Assembly: GCF_009914755.1 (NCBI RefSeq)
Contig: NC_060942.1
Direction: 5' to 3' (one strand)
DNA from: the human T2T-CHM13v2.0 reference genome, Homo sapiens
Length of the DNA stretch: 64,000 bases
The notes under the pieces were generated by a model. The model ran no database searches. It saw only the letters and a list, made by a program, of their open reading frames with translations, and was not told the DNA's origin. Of this stretch, positions 22,422 to 41,432 are shown piece by piece (position 1 is the stretch's first letter; the number at the start of each line of letters is the position of its first letter). A program made the position numbers and the translations under genes.

Positions 22422-23697
22422 ATTGTCTATTTTCTTTTTGTTTGTTCTAGTTTTTCTAATTTACAGAGCAACTTCTTGTTTCAGAAATGAGAAGATAAAA
22501 AGGAGATAAACTATGTGTTCTGTGTCACCTATTATTTCAAGTTTCCTGAACTATAGATTCATGACTTCTTACTCTAGCTATAAATTTATCTCTAAGAATC
22601 ATCAATATTGTTTTTCCTTTTCTGAAACATCGGTCATTGTAAAAATCCTATTCATCTTCTGACAACATCCTAAGAGCTTCACAACCCTCTTTTCTACTTG
22701 ACATTTGTTATGAGTTTCTCCTTCTGACTTATAGTGCATGCATTAAAACAAAAACAATACAAAAACTAAGACCCAAGTTGGAGTGACTGATGGGGTAGGG
22801 TGGGGGAAAAGGGGAAATGGTGAGAAGATGCATAGGGGAGCCGCTTTAGCTCCACCCTAATTTCTACCTGCTACTACCACCATGGAATTCTTTGATATGG
22901 CTAATTAGTATCTGTTCTCAATCACTAGAAGTGGTATGTAGATGGACATATAATACTTTTCTACTCTGACCCCCTCCCTCCACCAGTGCGCTTCCTAACC
23001 TTTCATATAAGAAGTCTGGGGCATTTTAAGACTTTTCACTCCTTCAGGGGGTACACTGTCCATTAGAATTTTAAGCCTCACTCTTACTGGTTTTCCAATG
23101 TTTCCTAAAGTCTAGTGCACACATCTTAAAATCCAGAACTGTCTTTCCTGCTACTTTTAATATAAACCCGAGATGACATGACTCCTATCGTCAAAGGTTC
23201 TTTCTAGAATTTACATATCACTAGCTTTTTTTCCTACTGATCCTAATTAAGTTCAAAATAGCAAATATCTTTATAGCTTACCACCTCAAATATAAAATTA
23301 AATTAGTCAGATGCTCTGCTTTAAGAAACACATTTCTTAAATGTGTTAGTCCGTTGGACTAACCAGTTTGCTTTATACCAATACTGTAACCCGAATTAAG
23401 ATACCATCGATGCCCATACCTTTCAAATATTCTAACCACATTTGTAGAACCAAGTGGTATTTTCCATACAGATGTCTAACTTGTGTAACTACCATACTTT
23501 TCATCCCCTTCTGTGACAGAGATAATTACCTGTTCTCCCAAAATTCATTCTCCCCTTCTATGGTATGCAGCCCTCACTGGGAGGTGGCTGACCTGCTAGA
23601 AACTATTTTTTCCAGCTCTCCTTACACTCAGATAAATCCATATGACTTGCTTATATCAATGTAATATAAGAGGAACTAATGTGTGCCAGAGTTTTTA

Positions 23698-29237
<5,540 letters not shown>

Positions 29238-29394
29238 CTAGCATAGTAGTATAAATGTTTGCTTAATTAGTAGAACTGCAATTTGCTTGAGAAAGTTCCG
29301 TGTCAAGTCCATGGGTCAGTTTTTTATAATCTTTACTTATATCTAATGTGATTCCAAATTTTAGACTCAAACATTTCCTTAAAATTTTATCAAT

Positions 29395-29750
29395 ACGGTC
29401 ATGCATCACTTAACATATATTCTGAGAAATGCCTCATTAGGCAATTTTGACATTATGTGAACACTCTAGAGTGTACTTACACAAACCTACGTGGTATAGC
29501 TGACTACAACCTTGGGCCATATAGTATGGCCTATTTCTCTCAGGCTACAAACCTGTACAGCACACAACTGTACAGAATACTGCAGGCAACTGTAACAGTA
29601 TTTGTGTATTTAAACATAACTAAATGTAGAAGAGATACAGTAATTACACAGTATAAAAAAATAAAAAATGGTACACCTATATAGGGCAGCTCTACTATAA
29701 TCTTACAGGATCACCATCATTGAAACTTCCTTAGGCAGAGCATGACTATA
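29395..29750. mobile_element. Tigger3-type relic
   Basis: GTCATGCATCACTTAAC...TTCTGAGAAATG... ending GCATGACTA. Confidence 0.7.
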
Positions 29751-31291
29751 TTGTAACAACTTCAACTGCGGCAGAGCACACATTTATATATAAAGCTGAG
29801 AAACTATTAGAAACCATGAGGCCCAACTACCTTTTGTTTCAAATTGCAAAACTAAGGCCTAGGGAGTTTACTGAATCGACCAAGGCTAAACAGCTCTTCA
29901 CTGTCAGAAATGAAACTAAAATCTAGATAGTGTTAGTGCTCTACCTTCCAGTCCTTTCCTTATAACACCATATTGCCTTCTCTGCTCCTTCCAAATGTCT
30001 GGCTGCTATTATTTTTAAAGTATCCTTATCTGTAAAATATTAATCACATCAGAACAAAAGTTAGAAGTCAATACATTCGCCAGGAAACAATGTGAAGTAT
30101 TAACTTATACACAACCACCACCAACTTCCTCACCTCACCCCAATTTCTACTTAATGCTAAGAAACTGAAAAGTTACATTAAAAAATTAGAGAAGTGAAAA
30201 TCCTCTTAAGTCAGTTGAAGAAAACCTAGAATCCACATTTTGCTGGGAATAGAGGCTGAAAACCAGACAATCTTGAAGTTTCAGGGGTCAGTACTTTTCC
30301 TCCTAGCACTTCCTGTTCCGTCCTCACCCCCAATAACCCAGCAAAAGTACACCTATGAATTATGCATTCCTTCACACACATTACTGCAAGAAAATCAGGA
30401 CTTCTTTTTCTTTTTGTCCTAGGTATATATGAACAAGTCATAATTGTAATACTGATTGTCACTACTGTGATGAGATACCAAATGCATTTTTTAAAAATCT
30501 AGGATTTTTCTTCAGCATAACTTGGACTTTCTTCACTAAAATAGTACAACGTATTTATTTAAAATAAACCTTACTAGAGACTAGTTTAACTTCAACTACA
30601 ATGAATTTTCAGTTCATATTAGAAATATCAAAATGACCTTTAAATTCATATTTGAAGGACTGCTTAAGCTATTTTGTAAAATCACCTTCTAGAACAAAAC
30701 CTTGAGAGCAAAAATCTAAAGAATTAACTTCGAGCTATGAAAAAGTATTAAGCTAGTTTTATAACATTTTAGTAGAGGTGTACTCAAAAGATTTGTTTTG
30801 TTTGCGAAAAGTCCATAGCTGTAATTCATATAAATCTGCCCAGAACCACATCCCTACATACAATTCAGAATTTATTTAGTATTTATTGTGCTAAGGGCTG
30901 TTCTCAAAGATTGCTATAAAACAGTTCCTTGACACAGTGAATACTAGGTCAAGAATAACAGACAAGCATGGAAAGAAATAATTACAGTGCAAGGAGAGGT
31001 GTGTTTTGACATAAGTGTTTTGTGGGAGCACAAAGAGGTCATAACACCAATCTCTTGCTAAGTATATGCCATAATGATGTGTACTTCTTACTGTTCAAAT
31101 GCATGGTCTAACTGTACCTCATCCTTCCTCTGGTTATACAAGTTTGAGCACTACTTTTCTCAATCCTCTCTAATCTCCATCCCAAATGCCAAACCCCAAA
31201 CTACCAAATTCCAAAGACAAGATAAGTCAAAGGAATATCTCCAGATTTTCAGTAGATAGTAGTGGTAAAAGTAAGGACAAGACGCTGCTGT

Positions 31292-31820
<529 letters not shown>

Positions 31821-33581
31821 CACAAAAGATGCGACTGCTGCTATTTGCTTGGCATATTTATAAGCTGAGCAGCATTTTAGAAGCAGCAAAATTTGCCTAT
31901 GGCATCTTCCAGTCTGGGGATTGCCATATATAGCTGATAACGTATTTGCAACTGTTGATGTCCATCTTCTCAAACGCCAGGGATAAAGAAAGAACAAAAG
32001 GAAAAGAATGCAGAGTTCCTACTAGCAAAATTCAGGCAGCCACCACGGATATGCAATGTATAGCTAATTCTAGAAGTTATCCCTCTTGAAGGCCTTCCAC
32101 TTCCTAGGAGAAAGTAGAGTCCAAAGAACCTATATGCCAGCAATTCTACTCCCCTCCCCTAAACAACAATAAAAGAAGCAATTCTAAGAATCACAGCTTA
32201 AAGTGAAATGAAGTATAATGCTTCAAGGAACCTGCAGTCTCACAGCTTACTGTACATTTGAACAAGAGAAACCGAAGGGCATTGCTACCCTAGATTTGGG
32301 GGGGAAAAGGAGTTGAGGCACAGAGGCTTGTAACTCAGTCCATTAGTACCTCAACAGTACATTATTCTATACTCTAAAATTACAGGATTCTCTGTCTTTC
32401 CTGGAGTGGGCTTTCAGATCTTAAAGGTAAACCCAACGCAGACCAGGATATATTGCCATCAAGTCTGCTAGTTCCAAGACAACAGTAGTGCTGCTGCAGC
32501 CAACGATTCCTTGGCATACAGACATGTGAAAACGATATTGGCGGCAGCACTGGCTCTTCTCTTTCACCCTCTACTGTTACTATAGCTCCTTTTGCTAAAT
32601 CTGCCTCTGAGTTTAGACAGGAGCTGGATGGTTAGTAATCACCCAGCAGCTGCAGCTGAGCAATACTCAGCCTAATTGTGGCACTGGAGCAGCTGAGAGG
32701 AAGAAAAGAGATAATACATACCCTACCATAGCCATACACGAACTACCAATAAGACAAGACACTTTAATAGAAACAGATTATTTCCTTTAAAGAAAAGCAG
32801 TTGTGCCTCGCTATAGGACTTATATTATAAAACTGTTTAAATGTGAACTGAAGGTGACCTAAGCCATGTAGGGTTCTAAACAATGGAAGATCTTACTAAA
32901 ACTTCCTGTAAATATTCACACAACAAAGCGTGCACCACAAACATCACCTTTATAACATGACTGAAAGTTCCTGTGATATAAAAATTTGGCACAGATGAGA
33001 TCTCTTCTTCAACTCTACAACAATGCAAAGCCACAATATCAACCACTAAAATAGCAAGCCATTACATAAAGCAAATAAAATAGCATGACCCAATGATTCT
33101 CTGCATTTCTGAAACTCCAACACCATATTGTCATTTGCCTTTTGAACCAAAACATATTCATCCTTCAGGTGCTGTGAATCTTCATAAACTTTAAACAAAA
33201 ACTTATTTTATGCTGAGATTTCATGGCATTCTTAAGAATAGAAAAACTAAGGCTGAAATTACTGATCTAAAGAATTACTGTTCTAGAAAACCGAAAATAG
33301 ATAAAAGTCAAAACTTAGGATCTTGATGCCGTAATTGAGTTTTGAGTTTTAATTGTCATGTTATGTAATTTTCAGAAAAACAGAGTATTTGATGACAGAA
33401 CAGTATCCATTCGTTCAATAAACATTTTGATTATCTTCTATTGGTTATTTACAACATACAAGCCGAAGCGGATTTTAATTTTGTAAAACCTGTGTCTTCT
33501 GTGAAAATATTAAAACAATTAAGTTATTAAAGAAAACGAACTAGAACTTTATTTAGAAATTTTTTCCCAAAAATTCTCTAA

Positions 33582-33899
<318 letters not shown>

Positions 33900-36317
33900 T
33901 GACGTGTTCAAAGTAGTTATACATACAGCTGGTATATGACAATTATGATTTAATAAATCTAATCCTATTTGCAAAGGATAGCCTAGGTAGTGTTCGAAAG
34001 TCAGCCACCAAGTTATGTTCTTAAACCAAGCACCTTATATAGACATTACACACTGGATTCCTTAAAAAAAAAACAACAAATTCATGTAAAATAAAACATA
34101 GAAACAGATTCTGCACACAAACGTAGGGCTTAATGAATTACACTAAGACCAATACCCTTGGTAACTCCTACCAGGTTAAAAGAACTTTGTCACCACTTCA
34201 GAAGCCAGGTCCCTATCACAATCTCCTCCCTCTTCCCATATATTTCCCTTCATAGAACCACAGGTATTCTATGCTTCTATTTTTACGTTCACAGAATTTC
34301 CTTGCAGGTTTTTTTTTTTTTTTAATTACCCAAGTTTGGGTGACCCCAGCGCTTAGCATCACTTAAAAAATTGTTTTGGCATTAGTCTTCTTTCTTACTA
34401 TAATGCTAATAGAATAAACGATGTCTACACTGATTTTGTAAAGAAAAACTAGCCATAGTAGTAAATCATTTACTGTCTAACATGATGCAAATTTCAACTT
34501 TGAATAAGTAAGTCTTACACCATCGGTTGGTAATATTTCACTTATACAGGTTTACTTCTAGTCTTTTAGCACATTTATTCTTTTATCAATACATACCATG
34601 AAGAAATTTTACTTGCATAGACATTAATTTTTCAGCTTGTGAATTTCCTGAACTAAAACACACACACAAAAACAGCCCATGTATTAATATTATACTTCGA
34701 CCACAAGACAAATTCCACCTAACCCAGGAAGACAGGTCAAAGCTGTAATTTCACTTTCAGATGAACAGAAAGGAATCAATTTTGTGGTTTATGAAGTCAG
34801 CAAAACCTAACTGCGAAATTAAAGCCATTATAACATTACAGTGGTTACAACAGAGTATATATTTTAAGAGCCCTTTTATCTTTTATCCTGGAAACATGGA
34901 TATAAACTGTTTTGTTTTCAGATCAAAGGCAATTGTCTTTTTCAAATGTAGGACCCTCTGAATTGTCAACCAGCATTTAAAATCTCCACCGACTTTTAGC
35001 TAATGTCCAAAAATAAAAATACAATTTAACTTCCTTTCCTTACATGTCAATTGTGGCAGGGGTCTCACACTTATAAGCAAACAAACAAAAACCAAAAAAC
35101 CATATATATTATTTGCTAAAGTAAAACTTTCTTACTGTACAATATATGAACATCGTAAGTGATGCATACAAGATCCTTGGCTAATACAAGATACTCCTTT
35201 ATTACCTGACCATTCAAAATGCTTCCTGTCCACCGTGTGCCAAGCACTGTGATAGTTAAGATATTAGATTTACCATGCACTTTTCCTTAAATGCACAGTC
35301 ACGTGTATACATTTAGTAATACTTTCCTTAGTGCGTAATTTAACTTTAGAAGTGTAACAGGATGGTTTAAATATTTAAAATTATCAAGGTATCTTTGGCA
35401 CTGTAATCTTACAGTTATAATACATGAAGATACTATAATCATATCATGTGAAATCGACTGTGAAAACACACACCCGTGGAACGTATATACATAATAAATG
35501 GACATAAAATTGTGCTTCCACCAAAGACTTTCATTATTTCCTTTAGTAATTTATAATTATACAGTATGTTATTCCACGCCTGTATCAATTAATTATGCAG
35601 AAAATGATTCAACCAAATCCGAACTGTTAAGTCCTACTCATTACAAAACAAAAACTAAAGTCCCTACACCAGACTTGATTTTCAAAGAGCTTCTTAAAAC
35701 AGCTCTGCCCCATGCCCAATAAAGTGAAAGCTGGAAGCAATTATCAAGAAGAAAAACACACTTTAAGACAATTTTCTTTAACACATGTGGACAGGGAACC
35801 GAACGCAACGGGAGGCGGAGTGGCATGATTCCGTAAAAGTGGACGCTGAATGGTAAATTTCCCAACCCCCAACCCAAAACAAAGGAAAACTTTAAACATG
35901 TTGCGGTTTTCAATCAAACCAAGTAAAGCCAGAAAGGCTCATCCACTCGCCCCACACACCCGCTCCTCTCCCCGCACAGCTGCTACCGGCGTCGGCCAAT
36001 ACACAGACCCCCAGCCTTTAGGACCCAAAGGGGCCGCTTCCCTCGCCCCTACTTCGGCCGTAGGGGCAAAAATAAACCTCTCCTCCCCGTCGCCGGGCGG
36101 TCCACACGACCCCAAAGACAAGGGGTGGGGAGTGTCCCCACGCCCCTGGAACCTCAGGTCGGACTTGGGCGGGACCCGGCAGGTCTGGACAGGGCAGAGA
36201 CCGAGTCAGGGGCGAGCAGGTAGCGCGGGGAACGAGACAAGCCCGCCGGGCGATCCGGGGGAGGGGAGAAGTTTCTTCCCAACTTCCCGACTCGGGCCCG
36301 CGGGGGCGGGGAACCGC

Positions 36318-36335
36318 GGCGGCGGCGGCGGCGGC
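36318..36335. repeat. (GGC)6 just inside YES1 intron 1
   Basis: Direct inspection. Confidence 0.9.
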
Positions 36336-36409
36336 TCCGGGCGCTGGGGCCTAGCCCTGTCCGGGCAGAGGTGGAACCCTCCGCCCGCGGGGCCCCACCG
36401 GGTCCTTAC

Positions 36410-36625
36410 CTGTCCTCCGGCCGCGCTCTCATGAGTCGCTGCTACCGCAGCTCGAGGTGGCGGAGGGCGGAGGCGAGGCCCGCGGGCCCTCTCCCTCCTC
36501 CACCTCCTCGTCCCGGGGCGCCCGGCGGCAGCAACGACGGCAGAGCCGGCCCGGGACGCGTTACTTCAGGAGGAGGGAGTTCCCGGGCTCCCCACGCCTC
36601 GGCCTCACTCTCCACCTCCTCCGCC
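36410..36625 (-). other. YES1: YES1 canonical non-coding exon 1 (5' UTR); TSS approximate
   Basis: Minus strand reads ...CCTCGAGCTGCGGTAGCAGCGACTCATGAGAGCGCGGCCGGAGGACAG|GTAAGG, which I recognise as the YES1 mRNA 5' UTR preceding ATTTGATAATGGGC. Strong donor inside a CpG island. A BOLA2 pseudogene nearby fits 18p11.32. Confidence 0.88.
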
Positions 36626-36699
36626 CCCCCCGGCCCCGCCCCCTGACTTCTAGCGGGGGCGGGGGCTGCGGGTACCTGCGCGCGCCGCCGTCCGCTCAC

Positions 36700-36830
36700 C
36701 GGAACTCGGGCCGCGCCGGCCCGGCTCCGGGGCCCCCAGCCTTCCGGCGCCTACGCCCCCGTCAGGTCCCCTCCGCGGGCTCCGGGCCGCTTTGCTGTGG
36801 TCAGGATAGGCGACCGGTCCGTGTCACTTC
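36700..36830 (-). other. YES1: candidate alternative non-coding first exon of YES1 (donor CCG|GTGAGC at 36700)
   Basis: Consensus-like donor upstream of canonical exon 1 in the island; 5' end unknown. Confidence 0.5.
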
Positions 36831-36837
36831 TCCCGAC

Positions 36838-37050
36838 CCAACATGGCGGCGGGGTCCGGGGCGGATTCCCGGGGGCGGTGCAGGCCGAGGGGGCGTGAGG
36901 AGGAGGTGCTTCCCTGCCCGGAGAGCAGGCCCGCGGCGTCCCTTCCCACCCGCGAACCCACCGACGCTCGGCTGCCGCGGAGATTGAATGGAGCGCTCCG
37001 ATTGTGCCCCTCTGCCTTTCTCTGTTCCTTGGCCCAGCTCTCAGTAGTGG
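36838..37050 (-). other. YES1: candidate alternative first exon encoding Met-Leu- (GCCGCCATGTTGG|GTCGGG)
   Basis: Strong Kozak ATG at 36844-36842 followed by a weak phase-1 donor. Would give MLDLI-MGCIK..., matching my recollection of an annotated 5-aa-extended YES1 isoform. Confidence 0.45.
36839..36850 (+). promoter_or_regulatory. YY1 consensus site CAACATGGCGGC (its reverse strand is also a Kozak ATG)
   Basis: Match to CAANATGGCGGC within the CpG island. Confidence 0.6.
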
Positions 37051-37197
37051 CCAGGGCTTTGGGGCTTGCTTTTGTGGGGGAGGACGGGGTTGAGTTTTTT
37101 TGGTTGGCTGTTTGCTTCTCAGCGCTACGCTTCCGCACCCTTTGTCGTTGGTAGTAAAATCTCAAGCCCAACCGCGTGAGCCGGGGGCGTTACTCAC

Positions 37198-37371
37198 ACC
37201 CTCATCACCATCCTGATCGCCGTCCAAAAAACGTTCACGTCTTGCCTCCTTCCGAGGCAGGGATCCTGTCCCTGCCCCCAGGAGCTTCCTGTTGACTGTA
37301 GGTCGAACCAGCCTTGCCGGGAGGGGAACCGAAGCTGAGTTCTGTTTGGCGACTATCCCAGTCATGGTGGC
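37198..37371 (-). other. candidate distal first exon with GCCACCATG Kozak ORF (MTGIVAKQ...DGDEG) ending at GT donors
   Basis: GCCACCATG at 37371-37363, 55 open codons, then GAGG|GT|GTGAGT (donors after 37200 or 37198). Confidence 0.35.
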
Positions 37372-37765
37372 TTTGGCTTATGTTGGGACAGCGTTTTTCT
37401 ATATGATGCTGGCGGCAGCCCAGTGAGGGAAGTGCAACAAGTATGGTTCTCCTGCTTGTCAACTGTGGAAACAGCGACCCTGAAAGTGGAGGAGCCACAG
37501 CTGGAATCGTGTCCGTCTGAATACACGCACCTTTCCTATGAGCCTTGTAAAGCCAGTCGTTGAAGAAGGGGGAGGACCCGGAAGGATGGGGTGGGGGCGT
37601 AAAGATGAAGGTTAATCAAGGTCCTCATGGACTGAACCTTGAGGCCCTTCTGCTGCAGTCACTTTTGCCCTATCAGACTTTTAGAGTAACTTCCTCTCTT
37701 TATTTCCTCTTTGGTGGGGTTATCAGAATTATTTTGTGACTATTGGTTTCCTTTGCGGTTTTTAG

Positions 37766-37900
37766 TGAAATTCAGAATCATCTTCGACGGATAGGAAATA
37801 GTGCAATCATATGTGTCAGTATTCCGGTATTCTAGGAACTTAAGAAAATGCATATAAGGGTTTGAACATTTTTTTCTTCAGCTCACTAAATGAACGAAAG
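37766..37900 (+). pseudogene. GREB1-like remnant exon with decayed start (ATA at 37791)
   Basis: Acceptor TTTTTAG|, donor AAG|GTAGGC. IGNSAIICVSIPVF*ELKKMHI aligns gaplessly to GREB1 [22 protein letters not shown]. Confidence 0.65.
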
Positions 37901-38546
37901 GTAGGCGTAGGCGTTAAAGAGACACATAATGTGGAACGATGCTGTATTTTCTTTAGCTACTAAAACTTCATTTGTCATTGACTGTCTCAGGGCTTTAAAA
38001 TTTTATGTAGGTCTATATTCAGCTTTTATTAAAATAGAAAATTCCTTGAGCTGTTGCCTTTCTTCACTAAATAGAGATAATTTCGTCTTCCTAAACACTC
38101 AGTCTCAAAAATCACCTCTAAAATAGGCCGGGCACAGTGGCTCACACGTGTAACCCCAGCATTCTGGGAGTCCAAGACAGCAGGATCACTTGAGTCTAGG
38201 AGTTGGAGACCAGCCTGGGCAACATGGGAGACCTCCTATCTATTTAGTAAAATATATTTTAAAAAATAATAATGAAATGAAATAGTAGTTTGCCCCAGTT
38301 TAAGGGGTAAGGTGGCTTTGAAGATGTTCTATATGGAGTTTTAAAGTTGGGAGAGTATGTCAGAATGTCACCTACAAGTTATGGATTACATTGACTTACT
38401 GAGTTTGCTTCTCTTCGCCCTCCCTTTTTTTTTTTATTACTACATTCCCTGATTTCTTTTTTAGTATATTCATCAATGTCAAACTTCAGTCTGTAAATAA
38501 CCTGGAAAGTTTTCAATCTTACATTTAGTGGCTCACTTGTTTCCAG

Positions 38547-38697
38547 GAATATTTTTTAAAAAATTTTTTAATGAGGAAGAGAAAACTGGAAAGTCTTACT
38601 GAGTTTGGTGTAACAAAAATTGCTTTTAATCTGTTCATCCTGAAACGGACAAATAAGCTTGCCCCTACTTTTCCCTCCTGCACAGCATAGAGATGTG
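38547..38697 (+). pseudogene. GREB1-like remnant exon
   Basis: TTGTTTCCAG| ... GTG|GTATGT. The phase-2 join gives RNIF*KIF* vs GREB1 RPIFSQLYL. Confidence 0.55.
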
Positions 38698-39463
38698 GTA
38701 TGTACATGTGTGTTAGGGAGTGATAAGGAACTTAAGTCTTGAAACCCCTGGAAATGTCTGCTGGAGGAAAAAGCTAGGGGAAAGCTTTAAACAAACAAAC
38801 TTTATGAGATATGTTAGGTCCCTATAAAAGTAAAATGCTTTCATTTATGTAAGTTGATTAATGCTTAAAATTATTTGGCTGGAAGTTTGAAAAGCTGAAA
38901 GTTGAACTAGGGCCCACTCAGTACCACCTTGGAACCTGTGATTCTACCAGGAAATGTTTTTGTTTAGGGTAAACCTCTCCTACGTGCTATCAGTGATATG
39001 CTGCTGCTGCTGCTTCCGCCACTGAGGCTATGATGATTTTCTCTTCCTGGTAACAGTAAAAAAGCCTGCAGCCCTACACAAGGTGCCTCTTTTCTAACAA
39101 CCATCCCCTCACCACCTTCCTCAAATCCATTCAGTGCCTGACATTGTCTGCACCACCTTAGCTTTGCCGCCTCCACCTGGCCAAGACTGCTCCTATGCCC
39201 AGTTAGGAAGAATATGAGAACCCCTCTCTAAGGATTAATTTGGAAGATCAGGAAAAAGGAAGGTATTTCTCCTTGAGTGTTAGGCCTATTGTGCCAAGCT
39301 CAGTGGAGAAATGCACCAACTCATCAAGTTCTCAATGCTCCTGATGTCTTCATTGCCTCAAGGACTGTGGTTTCTATATTACAGTTTTATTTCCCCTCAA
39401 CTGGGAAAAGACTGTCTAAGCGACCTAAGTAAATGTATATTGAGGGCCAGGCGCGGTGGCTCA

Positions 39464-39904
<441 letters not shown>

Positions 39905-41209
39905 TCACTTCTTCACTACCTGGTTTACAATCTTAGAATTTAACCCTGTGCTGAGTATGCCTTCTCCGCTCCAGAACTATTTTCTGGCAGTATAGTCTTT
40001 GCTACTGGAATCTACTTTGGGGACATCTCTTGTTTTATTTCTGACTTCAATTCTTTCTAGTTCTGCAGCTTGACCCAGGCCTGTTTTATCTACCAAAGTC
40101 CCTGGTTTCAGCTCTAGCTTCTGGTACCACTCTGCTTATTCCTAGGTAGCTTTACCCACAGCTTCAGACTTTCATAGGCTCAGCTTGGTTTCTCACTCTG
40201 TTTGGTGACAGCAGTTTCTAGGCCAGATGAGCACCTTACATCCTCTTACATGCCCTCTGCCGAGTAGAATACAGCCTGTAGTGGACACCTCTTGAGGGTG
40301 CCTGTTTAACTCAAGTTCCTCTTCTCTGAGAATTAATTCTTCGATAGGTGGCATGTAGGCCTATGATCTGAGTACTGCTAATCCCAGGTTCTAGGCTGAA
40401 AGTTTGAATTTTGAGGAGTAACACAAAAGTAACTCGGTTAGTGATTATTCATGGTAACCATGGTGGAGTTGAGTCAAATGACAGAAGATGAGTGTCCAGG
40501 GGTAGAGGATTCCAGTGCTGGTGGTGCCTGCGTCATGAGCATACCATCCCCGTGGCAGAACCTGGACTTTGTCTTGCCTTCCTTGCTTCCTGCCTGAGCC
40601 TGCTCCTCTAGTCTTCCTGTTGATTCTCACCATCCTCCAATAAATTCCCTTTATGCTTCAATAGAGACCATTTTTGTTCTTTGCAAATGAAAACCATTAC
40701 TTAGTCTTTGCTACTTACTTGTGCAGCCAACAGTAAACTCAGGAGCTGTGAGGGTGGCATCTCCTGCCACGTGCTTGGAGAGGCAGTGGGAGTGGGATGG
40801 GGAATCCAGTTTTCACAGAGGATGAAGCAGGCACAGCCAGAGGTGGGAGATAAGAGATTGTGGGACCCCAACACTGAGACTTGAGACTTGTGACTTTTGT
40901 CACATAGAAGACCCCAAACCTAGAACAGAGCTGGCAGGTCAGTCTCTCCTCCTGCTTGCCCATGGCAGTCATGGCTTTTAGACCATGGCATAGCATATAC
41001 TCTCCCCCAGAGCATTAATACCATCCTCAGAATCCTCAACACAATTCAGGCAACAGCCACTGCAAAACTGGAGTTAGAATACATTGAAAACCATTTCATA
41101 TCTCTGCCCTATCGGCTTACAATTTCCTCCTGAGTCTATATTTGCAATTCCTGTAGTCATTAGCAAGTGTTTGGCCCATACTTTTCTGAAATATTAAGCT
41201 GATATATAG

Positions 41210-41432
41210 TCGTGTCAGTGTCTGACATTGAGTTTAGACACCAGTAAAATTGCTACCAGATTGCTACTTCCTGGAAATCTTTACAAATGGGTTATGAAAA
41301 GTAGAACATAACATTGCTTGAAGGCAAGAAGTTAAAGTAGATTGTTTACCTGCATTGAGTGTTTAGAAAAGAAACTATAAATCAAGCTCTTATCTTTAAA
41401 GTTAACGGACATCAGATCATGAAACATAAAAG
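41210..41432 (+). pseudogene. GREB1-like remnant exon (CxxC region)
   Basis: CIECLEKK at 41351 vs GREB1 CVGCGKK, then INQALIFKVNGHQIMKHK. Donor AAG|GTTAGT. Acceptor approximate. Confidence 0.6.

Larger units (their letters stand above)
35790..37600. promoter_or_regulatory. YES1: CpG island / bidirectional promoter of YES1
   Basis: Very high GC and CpG density. GC boxes (CCCCGCCC ~36634, GGGGCGGGG ~36656), GCGCGCGC ~36678, ETS CTTCCGG ~36741 and CCGGAAG ~37578, YY1 motif 36839-36850. Confidence 0.93.

Noticed and set aside
32520-32692. 173-nt minus-strand exon candidate with a strong acceptor
   Set aside because: Donor TCT|GTATGC is weak and there is no frame logic; the region is kept only as a possible enhancer.
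35850-37171. Long Pro/Gly/Arg-rich ORFs (up to 194 aa) in the CpG island
   Set aside because: Expected from stop-codon scarcity in GC-rich DNA; overlapping on both strands with no recognisable domain.
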